Origin: Promethearchaeota archaeon
GTDB lineage: Archaea; Asgardarchaeota; Lokiarchaeia; Sigyniarchaeales; SOKP01
NCBI GenBank assembly: GCA_016930515.1
Contig: JAFGGO010000158.1
Coordinates: 1 to 64,000, forward strand
Reading direction: 5' to 3'
DNA length: 64,000 bases
A program made the position numbers and the translations under genes. The first letter of the stretch is position 1; every line of letters begins with the position of its first letter. Positions 36,901 through 44,985 of the stretch are shown here, piece after piece. Under the pieces are notes generated by a model. That model was not told the origin of the DNA and did no database searches. It saw only the letters and a program-made list of their open reading frames with translations.

Positions 36901-38569
36901 CTTGTATGACTTGACTAACGATACGGATATAGGGTTTATAGATACGGGTAGCGACGGTTTTGCTTGGTTAACATATAATACGACATCAAATACATTGGCT
37001 GGCCCTCACCTGATTCGCGCAAGGTACGGTGCGTCGCTATATAATTATTCTTATTTCGTGTTAAACGCACCGATAACCGTGTCGTTTGATGCGGGGCCCG
37101 ACCCAACCTGGGTGTACGATAACTATTACACCAATAGGACGTTCCGGATTCAAGGTTCTTTAATCGATGCTACAAACGGCCTTCCCATAACAGGAGGAAT
37201 TGTTGAGACTATTCTCGTTGGTGGATTAGATTCTTACCTGACTAGCAATGGTGGAAGTCAGCAAGTGGATAATTTTTTCATATGCAATCAAACAGGGCTA
37301 ATTAACGCATATTATAACATCACGACTGGAACTCCACATCAAAATTACACCCTCAGGCTTGATTTTTACGGTGCATTCTATAACTATTTTGGAATTCCTT
37401 CCTTTCCAAACGTATTAGATCTCAGCTCTTTTAGTAATTTTACAGTTTCAGATTTTGGCCTTAACCAGTTAGAAGTAAGGGATTATTACAATCTCATGAT
37501 CACTTTATTGGTAAATGGAAATCCCGTTCCTTATGTGTATCCCTCAGGAAGTCTTCCTGCGATTGTAAACCTCGGGAATAACATCACATTTAGCGGAACC
37601 GTATACCATTCAACTCCTGTTGGAACAATAAGAATATATGATTATTACGCAAATCCATCAACACCCATAGCTGCTACTCCAACGGATGGTTCGGGAAATT
37701 ACTACATTGAACTCAATACCTCCTCTTATTCTTTACACTCAGGACTCCATCTCTTTAGGGTTACTTATGTTTATATGGGCAGCGAATTTCCAACATACAA
37801 CTCCACATATATAATCGTTGACGAGACGATTAGCAGTTTTTCGATGACCTCTACTGAGTCTAATGTTATTCGAAATGTTGACAGTTTTATTATTTCGGGT
37901 TACCTTCAGGACGGGGGATTTGGGTTAAGAGGATTACAGGTGCAACTAAGGTTATACGATGGAGCAATGGTCGATCGTTCGCAATATTTAATTCTTGAAT
38001 CAGGGTATTCCCTTACGGCCATCACTGATAACTCTGGATATTATCGGTTTGAAATTAATCATTTAAACATCTCGTGTCCCCAGGGAAGTTACACTATAAG
38101 GGTGGAATTTTACGGGAATATAATTCGATCAGATTTTCCCATTTCCATTGGAATATCGGGTGCAATGACCGGTTCAAATAGTAATAGCATTTCTTTAACT
38201 GTTAATGCGGGCATGTATTTTGAATCGTTATTATCTGGTTTTAATACGGATTTTCAACCATTAAATCCATCTGATTGGTACCTTTTTGATGTCCTTCATG
38301 TGTGGGGGCGCTTGGTTTGGGACAATGGTACTGGTGTCTCAGGAGCGACTCTTAACATCACCGTCGAATATAGAGTGAACAATATAGTATTTGCTTATGA
38401 TGACACATTCACGACCGATCCTAACGGTTATTTCAACGGTTCAATAGATGTGGATTCTAGATTTGATGATGTCGAGATGATTAGCCAAACAATTATTTCT
38501 GTAAATTATAATCCAATCGATGATGGTTTTACTTATGTAATAGCACCTGATGAGGAAACATACAACTAA
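33989..38569 (+). CDS. Large N-terminally anchored extracellular protein: transglutaminase-like domain plus tandem Ig-like repeats
   Basis: N-terminal TM; TGase-fold signature G-L-Y-S-D-F-A...LARAFDVPARFVDGF...YSWAEIF...WQQFD; four ~230-240 aa beta-rich repeats; many N-x-S/T sequons. Confidence 0.85.
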   Translation: MSEIREKILGPSNVRSQILKVVFLSVILVVAFAFSVALLNIAFGSLRNIPSEKQSNADYEYLEEVDIPFPFDPLALLQLFQDLGLEITPEMIEDLLDMFDGDFDDIPLEDLAALMAALMFSNVEVFSVYDHELTPIDDMEDYLWKYECYDQYRDGVWSAMDSDLDTVDFFTDYTEPQLGYTEIYKIKFSNLSVSAGTNQFTAPTLFSSPLIMQGSVEAQQLDTDSVLVRAQTDGLNGAALRASFDSDVNTDLSYLLRGVSLPTEEDLNGSCVYVSNPSSGYTQLIDTYQQVNGEDLFTYIDRSWMTDFKVVYDDLAANIIQPEDNAFIIANKIRNYLQSNYTLNYSPMPETETDRLNWFCASGEGLYSDFASVFCILARAFDVPARFVDGFNNRAVEQKIDPIEGSGFSVLYRNIYSWAEIFVPTDAQGNGAWQQFDVYYENYEGIPLVPPFLESNYTLDVMCNGHSIYDPFYALVDRTDSITLSANLTLNSVPVPDELITFKNYGSSTALGTATTNSSGIAEITVPVGSSRVAGPNFVIGEYSPNVLGFGYFIVNDTLSITFNIINPSSPTAINVSDVSNSTISVSGYVEDSNSNRVRYTNIEFALYENGTTNRFYAFNPDTTTADNNGAFSADLFVDGNFVDKGDYQVFASAMGTWNYTFPPDTTIYTIPSPYFPSSVTGMSAPQALFIDKEIPLILNFYINDIPSDDASSPIVSRGSTLSLKAQVLDPIGTPVDGVVVEYYEYTNGTLIGSATTGPTGNTTTIVNYLVGKYNATVGPNLLYARVGYQYNYSYYILDDNVSFSSISLTGPFPSLVVNKTQGDYFIVSGYLYDEKSNAPVEYSRVTLRMFKGITNYELTTSVNADGSFSIASYATGMEVGNYSLRLDFNGSYVINSPHPYPYNFNLTLISGYHIFLSELQITEFSPIRLDFWINDIPADDYQNPVITRSKSVNLSVYLSQGLVPISGRVYLYDLTNDTDIGFIDTGSDGFAWLTYNTTSNTLAGPHLIRARYGASLYNYSYFVLNAPITVSFDAGPDPTWVYDNYYTNRTFRIQGSLIDATNGLPITGGIVETILVGGLDSYLTSNGGSQQVDNFFICNQTGLINAYYNITTGTPHQNYTLRLDFYGAFYNYFGIPSFPNVLDLSSFSNFTVSDFGLNQLEVRDYYNLMITLLVNGNPVPYVYPSGSLPAIVNLGNNITFSGTVYHSTPVGTIRIYDYYANPSTPIAATPTDGSGNYYIELNTSSYSLHSGLHLFRVTYVYMGSEFPTYNSTYIIVDETISSFSMTSTESNVIRNVDSFIISGYLQDGGFGLRGLQVQLRLYDGAMVDRSQYLILESGYSLTAITDNSGYYRFEINHLNISCPQGSYTIRVEFYGNIIRSDFPISIGISGAMTGSNSNSISLTVNAGMYFESLLSGFNTDFQPLNPSDWYLFDVLHVWGRLVWDNGTGVSGATLNITVEYRVNNIVFAYDDTFTTDPNGYFNGSIDVDSRFDDVEMISQTIISVNYNPIDDGFTYVIAPDEETYN
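35360..38210 (+). repeat. Four diverged tandem protein-level repeats (~230-240 aa, two Ig-like domains each)
   Basis: Units start near 35363, 36083, 36776 and 37499: FYINDIPSDD/FWINDIPADD; GPNLLYAR..YNYSYYIL/GPHLIRAR..YNYSYFVL/GPNFVIG/GLHLFRV; GNYSLRLDF/QNYTLRLDF/GSYTIRVEF. Confidence 0.7.
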
Positions 38570-38587
38570 CAAATAATTAAATGAATA

Positions 38588-40219
38588 ATGAATTTACAAG
38601 AAAGAAAAGAAGATAATTCTATCATGTCAAGAAAGCACTCTGAGAAAATAAAAAATCGTGTTAAAGCATTATTTCTATTAATAACGATAGTATTCTTAAT
38701 TTCTACAATTTATATTATCAATTTCGCTAACTTGAATGAATCATCTATTGATTTCGAAAAAGAAGTGAAGCCCTCAGCAATTTGGGCTAATCTAGATCTT
38801 TTAAACACAGAAATAGACGGTAATCGCTATATACTGGGGAATGAAATCGTACCTCTGTACGGTCGGCTTTATCACCCTAAACTTCCATCTCAGAATTATA
38901 TTGGTTATACAGTGCAAGTCATGCTAGATGGTGTCCTTTATCCGTCCTATTATAATATTACGGTAGATCAAGGTTACTTTTATATCTTGAATTTTTCGCT
39001 ACCAGTAGATACCAATGTGTATGTACCCCATACTATCAATGTTTCTGTTTTAAATCCTTTTGATGATGTTAATTATACTAATTCATTTACTATATACGGA
39101 AGCACGGCTTCCTATTTTGACAATGTGATCGTAGATAACGCTCAACCATATTATTCTGGCGAATCAATAGATGTTTCAGGTAGTTTGCTCCTTGGTGATG
39201 ATACTGGAGTCTCTAATGAGCCAATTTACGCAGGTTGGTACGATAATTTGAATAATCCCGTGTATATTTTTGGATCGCCGATCGATAATACTGGTTTGGA
39301 CGGTACATTTACCACATCCGTGCAAACCCCTGATGCGTCGGGGAATCTCACGCTCAGGTTATCTTATTCAAACCCTCCTATCGTGACATATTCCGAAATA
39401 GATTGTTCAAATATATTTGTCTTTCAAAATATAACATTAACGAATCCATCGACCTCAGTAGGAGTTGCAGGGCAGGAATATACCATTTCGGGGAGATTAG
39501 CTTCTGTTTTTGGTAACTTTTATATTTTTAATAGAGCCGTGACGGTAGTCTATAACGATTCCTCTTCCACATATGGTCTTGCCCAAACTGATTCGCAAGG
39601 AAGGTTTACTTGCATGCTCACGCTTCCCAATGTAAATGGTACCGCGAGTTATCAAGTATATTTAAACTCATCAAGTGGACTAGTTCTCGCAGGTACTGTG
39701 CCTGACATACTCATCAATGCCGCTCCCGTGACACCTTCTGGGGGGCCTACAGGTCAAATACCCTTCGCAGATTTTTTTATGGTGTTCATACCAATTGTGG
39801 TCGTCATAGGTGCTGCATTAGCCGGATATGGCTATTACTTCCTGAAAAAACAAAGGAAAGCGTCTTTATCCACTACCATCCCTCTCGAGAAAAAGATTTC
39901 GAACCTTAAAATATTAAAGGAAACGGGCAGGTTGGAAGAAGCCTTGTCGTACTTGTTCAATGCGATTTTTATGACTCTCATTGACGGGAAATACGGTCGG
40001 AAGAAGAAAGAGTTTGAAACGATTCGAGATTTTGCGATCGTTTCGGTAAAGGAATTCAAGATGAAACCAACGGTCGTGTATCCATTCATGACAAAAGTGG
40101 AGGAGATTATCTATTCCAGGCCGTTTGAAATGACCGAAAGCGATTTTTACAGCGCTATAGAATTATTTAGCCGTGTCTATTTCGATCTCACTGGATATAA
40201 TTTCGTGTTAAAATTTTAA
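38588..40219 (+). CDS. Membrane protein with extracellular Ig-like domains and C-terminal cytoplasmic DUF4129-like domain
   Basis: N-terminal TM, beta-rich region (TGLDGTF, TDSQGRF), second TM, then EEALSYLF...ETIRDFA...VEEIIYS. Confidence 0.75.
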   Translation: MNLQERKEDNSIMSRKHSEKIKNRVKALFLLITIVFLISTIYIINFANLNESSIDFEKEVKPSAIWANLDLLNTEIDGNRYILGNEIVPLYGRLYHPKLPSQNYIGYTVQVMLDGVLYPSYYNITVDQGYFYILNFSLPVDTNVYVPHTINVSVLNPFDDVNYTNSFTIYGSTASYFDNVIVDNAQPYYSGESIDVSGSLLLGDDTGVSNEPIYAGWYDNLNNPVYIFGSPIDNTGLDGTFTTSVQTPDASGNLTLRLSYSNPPIVTYSEIDCSNIFVFQNITLTNPSTSVGVAGQEYTISGRLASVFGNFYIFNRAVTVVYNDSSSTYGLAQTDSQGRFTCMLTLPNVNGTASYQVYLNSSSGLVLAGTVPDILINAAPVTPSGGPTGQIPFADFFMVFIPIVVVIGAALAGYGYYFLKKQRKASLSTTIPLEKKISNLKILKETGRLEEALSYLFNAIFMTLIDGKYGRKKKEFETIRDFAIVSVKEFKMKPTVVYPFMTKVEEIIYSRPFEMTESDFYSAIELFSRVYFDLTGYNFVLKF

Positions 40220-40296
40220 CAAAATAAGGTAAAATTACAAAAAGAAAATATTATAAGTGTGAAAAAAATTAATTAATAAAAAAAAGGTTGGATATC

Positions 40297-40683
40297 ATGG
40301 CTAAAAAACCGAACTTGAGAAAAAAAAAGAAGAAACAAGAGCCTGAATATAATGCAAAAGAACGATTTGAAAACGTGAAAATTCTCGTCCAAACAAAACG
40401 GCCGAAGGAGGCAATTGCCTACATCTATTTAGTATACACGGATCTTATCTTTAAGAAACATAAGAAACCTCGAGAACCGTATCAAACCATTCGCGAGTAC
40501 GCCATAACGTGCGTTAATGAACTGGGTTTAAATCCACAAAATACTTATGTCTTCATTAAACAAATAGAAGATATAATATACGGCGGTGTGGAGCCCACGT
40601 CCAAGGAATTCGAATCGACTATTTCATTATTTTCAGCGTTGCACAAGGAAATCACGACCAAATCGTTTTCTTTTAGTTTGTAA
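40297..40683 (+). CDS. Stand-alone DUF4129-like protein
   Basis: KEAIAYIY...QTIREYA...IEDIIYGG; evident paralogue of the preceding gene's C-terminus; ATG 40297 (the ORF track starts at TTG 40288). Confidence 0.75.
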   Translation: MAKKPNLRKKKKKQEPEYNAKERFENVKILVQTKRPKEAIAYIYLVYTDLIFKKHKKPREPYQTIREYAITCVNELGLNPQNTYVFIKQIEDIIYGGVEPTSKEFESTISLFSALHKEITTKSFSFSL

Positions 40684-40718
40684 AAATCAAATAGTAAATT
40701 TATTCAAAAGGATATATT

Positions 40719-42551
40719 ATGGCAACAACAGGAACGGGAGCATCGTCACTTAAAAGCGTGCAAATTTCCAAGGGTTTATTATACGCGTTTTTTTGCGTGT
40801 ATTTAATCATTTTTGGATTCATCATAATGGATTTTACCGCAGCGTTTCAGATTCAGAACCCTGGATTATTACCCTCGTTCTTTAGTTATATTCCTTACGT
40901 TTGTTTTATTGGAGCTGTTTTTCTAATTTTAGCTTTTATCTGGTTTTTTAGAAATTCAATGGTACAAAAATCTCGAGAAAGTAGGTCCCGAAAGTCAAAA
41001 AAAGGTTCCTTATATAAAAGAGCGCTGTTCGCAATCATATTCGTTTTTGCTTTTATCCCATTGTTTTCTCCCGTTGTCGATCAAGGAAAGAACAATCACT
41101 ATTTTTCCGTATACAATAGTGAATGGAATGGATGCTCTTCCTATCTCGCCGCCATCGAGGCTGCTGGATTCGAAACGATGAGCATTCAATCCAGCTTGAG
41201 CGCAACCGAACGCTTGGATAAATCCGTTTGTTTAGTCCTGTTAGGTCCTAATCAAGTTTATAATCCAATGTTTGATATTCCTTTTTTTATTGGATTCCTC
41301 AACAGTAGTAGTCAAACGAAAAAGAATTCCCTTTTCATAGCACACGACCACGGATCGAGTTATTGGCTTTTATGGGAGGTATTTTTAGCGAATCTTGCAT
41401 CAATGATCTCGGCCGGGGGAAACGCCTCAATGTTTCCAATGACCATTATGGCCGATGGCATATTACACGACAATGCTTCGTGCCTTACAAACGAACTAGG
41501 ACAAGGAGATCCCACATTTCCCATAATTACGAATTTGGAACCTCATCCAACAACGGTGGGAGTGTCGCAGGTGATCTTATCGGAAGCTACTGCCGCAGCT
41601 GGTGGAAAATTATTAATTGAAATGTTTGGATGGGATGTGATAGGACAAACTTCAAGCGATAATAGTTGGGTAGATAAAAATGGAGATCACATGTATAGAT
41701 TAAATAATGATTCTACTCCAGCAGACGATTATATTGATTTATCTTTTATTATAGAACCATTAGAAGAAGTTACTGACGTCGATCTTAGTATGCTCGAGAG
41801 ATTTCCCCTCGGGAGTTCTATTGTCGCTCCAACGGTCTTCTTGGCGAAGGAATTGGCAAACACTCGCGTGTTCGTGAGCTCGGATGCCAGTTGTTTTTCC
41901 AACGACCTTTTATTCGACTACGATAATTATCAATTTGGAATGAACATTATCAATTGGCTTACCTATCAAGGTGTTGACGATCCAAACAACTGGGTCATTG
42001 CCTTTGACGAGGCTCACATTCGTCCCGAATATTCTCGCGATCTTACTTCTGCGGGTATATTTGGGCTCATCTTGGAATATGTTGTTCAATTATCAACAAA
42101 TCCCATTACTGCGTGGATTTACCCGCTTTTAGCTGTTTTTACCTTGCGAAAGTACATACCTAAAAAAGATGAAAAAGCAGAAAAGAAAAGGATTGAAGAA
42201 GAAGAAAAAAAGGAAGAAAAAGAAATGTTCCGAACATCAACCTTTTTCACGCAAAAAATTGATTGGTATAAGGAGAAAGGTCGTTATGGAAAGGCCATCA
42301 CGTTGCTATTCAGGAGAATTGAGAGAAAGCTTAACGCTCAATTAGGAGGAAAACAAATTACTACGAACAATGTCATCGATCTCGTAGTGGCGAAGGAAGC
42401 GGGGGGAAAAGTAAACAAGATGAAGTTAAAAAGATTAACGAAAATTATGGATAGATTATTGGCCATTAAAGCTGGAAAAAGTAAAGTAAGAAATCCTCAG
42501 GATTTCGAAGAATTGTTCTTGGAAATGTCCTGGGCGATGAAAAATATATGA
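40719..42551 (+). CDS. DUF4350-like membrane protein
   Basis: 3 N-terminal TMs; FSVYNSEWNGCSS; HPTTVGVSQVIL; SDASCFSNDLL; IAFDEAH; C-terminal TM and cytoplasmic tail; next to MoxR. Confidence 0.7.
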   Translation: MATTGTGASSLKSVQISKGLLYAFFCVYLIIFGFIIMDFTAAFQIQNPGLLPSFFSYIPYVCFIGAVFLILAFIWFFRNSMVQKSRESRSRKSKKGSLYKRALFAIIFVFAFIPLFSPVVDQGKNNHYFSVYNSEWNGCSSYLAAIEAAGFETMSIQSSLSATERLDKSVCLVLLGPNQVYNPMFDIPFFIGFLNSSSQTKKNSLFIAHDHGSSYWLLWEVFLANLASMISAGGNASMFPMTIMADGILHDNASCLTNELGQGDPTFPIITNLEPHPTTVGVSQVILSEATAAAGGKLLIEMFGWDVIGQTSSDNSWVDKNGDHMYRLNNDSTPADDYIDLSFIIEPLEEVTDVDLSMLERFPLGSSIVAPTVFLAKELANTRVFVSSDASCFSNDLLFDYDNYQFGMNIINWLTYQGVDDPNNWVIAFDEAHIRPEYSRDLTSAGIFGLILEYVVQLSTNPITAWIYPLLAVFTLRKYIPKKDEKAEKKRIEEEEKKEEKEMFRTSTFFTQKIDWYKEKGRYGKAITLLFRRIERKLNAQLGGKQITTNNVIDLVVAKEAGGKVNKMKLKRLTKIMDRLLAIKAGKSKVRNPQDFEELFLEMSWAMKNI

Positions 42552-42623
42552 TCAATTTTATGTAATTATTGAATAATATAAATAAAAAATATAAAAAATA
42601 ATACAAAATAGGAGTGAAGAAAT

Positions 42624-43601
42624 ATGGCAGAAAAAGCTAAATCTCGAGATTCTAAGGATTCGCTTGATGTAACACCAATACGAGAAATTGCTCAAGATGT
42701 TTTATCAGAGGTATCTCGAGTGATTGTCGGAAACGGAGAAATCTTACAACACTTGTTTGTAGCGCTGCTCGTAAACGGTCACGTGCTCTTGGAAGGAGTT
42801 CCTGGTTTGGGCAAGACAGTCATGGCAAAGACTTTTGCAGAGACCTTGGGGATATCGTTTAAAAGAGTGCAATTCACGCCAGACCTCTTGCCAGCAGATA
42901 TAACAGGAACGAAAATTTTCGACCAACAAGAGGGCGCTTTCGTTCTTCAAAAAGGACCTATATTTGCAAACCTCGTGCTTGCAGATGAAATCAATAGAAG
43001 TGCCCCAAAGACGCAAGCAGCTCTCCTCGAAGCGATGGCCGAAAGACAGGTCACGATCGAAGGACAAACGCTTATGCTTGAAAAACCGTTCATGGTGGTA
43101 GCTACGGAAAATCCGGTGGAAATGGAGGGGACATACCCCTTACCTGAAGCTCAAGTTGATAGATTCCTTTTTAAATTATGGTTGGATTATCCCGAGCATC
43201 AAGAAGAAGTTGAAATCCTTCGAAGACAACTCACTGGCGATTCTCCGTCCGTAGAAACCATCACGAATGGCGAGGAACTATTAGCGGCACAAAAATTGAT
43301 GAATATGGTGTACATTGACGATCGCATCTTGAAATACATTCGGGACATCATTTTAAAGACTCGAAATCACCCTCAAATCGCCTTAGGGTGCGGTCCGCGA
43401 GCTTCCTTGGTGCTCATGAAATGTTCAAAAGCGCGAGCGGCCATTCTTGGCAGGATTTACGTTACACCCGATGATGTACGAGCCCTATCAATGCCCGCTT
43501 TAAACCACAGGATCCTTCTCAAGCCTGAAGCTGAACTTGAAGGTTTGGATGTTAAATCCGTGGTTAAAAGCATACTCGAGGAAATACCCATACCAATTTA
43601 A
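42624..43601 (+). CDS. moxR: MoxR AAA+ ATPase (MoxR-proper type)
   Basis: GHVLLEGVPGLGKT, RVQFTPDLLPAD, LADEINR, LLEAMAE, GTYPLPEAQVDRF. Confidence 0.95.
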   Translation: MAEKAKSRDSKDSLDVTPIREIAQDVLSEVSRVIVGNGEILQHLFVALLVNGHVLLEGVPGLGKTVMAKTFAETLGISFKRVQFTPDLLPADITGTKIFDQQEGAFVLQKGPIFANLVLADEINRSAPKTQAALLEAMAERQVTIEGQTLMLEKPFMVVATENPVEMEGTYPLPEAQVDRFLFKLWLDYPEHQEEVEILRRQLTGDSPSVETITNGEELLAAQKLMNMVYIDDRILKYIRDIILKTRNHPQIALGCGPRASLVLMKCSKARAAILGRIYVTPDDVRALSMPALNHRILLKPEAELEGLDVKSVVKSILEEIPIPI

Positions 43602-43653
43602 TTGCGCATTAAATTGGAACTAGATCAAGAAAAAAAGTTGGTGGTGGATAAAC

Positions 43654-44982
43654 ATTTTTGGTGGAAAAGGTAGGACATTAATATTATTTGCGGCGTTTTT
43701 CCTATGTGCAGGATTTGCATTCGTAAATTACTTTCTAATTTACTTCGGGATCCTCCTGTTATTTAGTACGGTGATTAGTTTACCGTTTTTTGCGCTGCAC
43801 ATGAATGTGGAGGAATTAATTGTACACCGAGAACTTGACAAGGAAAAAGTTTTTCGGGACGATTTTTTGCATGTTAAAGTAGTAATTGAAAACACTGGAA
43901 GGCACAATTTTGACTTTTTAGAAATTCGAGATTATTACAATCCCCAACTTTTTAGATTAATCCTCGGAGAAAATTTCATCTCAACGAGAATAGGCGCAAA
44001 AAAAACTATTAAGTTTTCATATATCCTCGAGCCCAAAGTAAGAGGAGAATATCCATTAGGACCGTTGTCCTTAACCGTAAAAGATAGGTTGGGATTCAAT
44101 TCCACCGAGCGAATTGTTCCTAACAGTGTAACGGATATTCTAGTTTATCCGCCTTACGAAGACATCAAGAGGATCGAAATCTTGGGATCAAAAAGGTCCT
44201 TACAATTAAATTACGGTTCTCAAAGGTCCAAGCAGAAAGGTACGGGTACCGAATTCTACGGAATGAGGAGGTACGCGTTTGGAGATCAATTCAGGTTGAT
44301 TGATTGGAAAGCTAGCGTTCGGCAGCAGAGGCTTATCGTGAGAGAACACGAAACCGAAAGGGATGTCACCGTTATGATTTTAGTAGATTCTTCTAGTAGT
44401 ATGGCTGGTGGCGCAATAGAAAACACTAAATTCGAATATGCCATTCGTGCTTGCATGTTATTAACTAAAGTATCACTCACGAGAAGAGATAGCGTTGGAG
44501 TTTATACTTTTTCCGATAAAAAAAACTTCAAGTTCTTGAAACCAAATCGGGGGGATGATCAGTTTTATACCGTATTGGATTTCGTTGCGAGAGTAAAACC
44601 TGCGGCAAAATGCCGGTTTGCCGAAGCAATGGACACGTTCACGAAGAGATTTCAAAAACGCAGTCTGATCTTTATCATATCCGATTTAGAATCAAACACG
44701 AAGGATATAACCGAAGGTATAAAGAAATTGCTTCCTTTCAATCATTCTGTTATCTTGATCAATCCGTTCTCGCCGTGGTTTGAAATTCACGAAATGGATT
44801 TATCTTCCACGGATAAAGCCTTGGCAGAAGCAATTAGTGAGGAGATGATGGAACACATCTTAGCTATCAAGCAAGAAATCAGCAGATTAGGCGTTAATCT
44901 CGTAACTTGTGGACCCGACGACATGCTAAATCAAGTATTAGCAAATTATATGGAGGCAAAGAAAAAGGGAAAGGCGTATTAA
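43654..44982 (+). CDS. DUF58 / vWA-like protein
   Basis: RGEYPLGP, LVYP, GTEFYGMRRYAFGDQFRLIDWKAS, DSSSSM (DxSxS), ISD. The ORF track starts at GTG 43771, but the frame is open from ATT 43654 and adds two TM segments. Confidence 0.9.
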   Translation: MFGGKGRTLILFAAFFLCAGFAFVNYFLIYFGILLLFSTVISLPFFALHMNVEELIVHRELDKEKVFRDDFLHVKVVIENTGRHNFDFLEIRDYYNPQLFRLILGENFISTRIGAKKTIKFSYILEPKVRGEYPLGPLSLTVKDRLGFNSTERIVPNSVTDILVYPPYEDIKRIEILGSKRSLQLNYGSQRSKQKGTGTEFYGMRRYAFGDQFRLIDWKASVRQQRLIVREHETERDVTVMILVDSSSSMAGGAIENTKFEYAIRACMLLTKVSLTRRDSVGVYTFSDKKNFKFLKPNRGDDQFYTVLDFVARVKPAAKCRFAEAMDTFTKRFQKRSLIFIISDLESNTKDITEGIKKLLPFNHSVILINPFSPWFEIHEMDLSSTDKALAEAISEEMMEHILAIKQEISRLGVNLVTCGPDDMLNQVLANYMEAKKKGKAY

Positions 44983-44985
44983 ACC

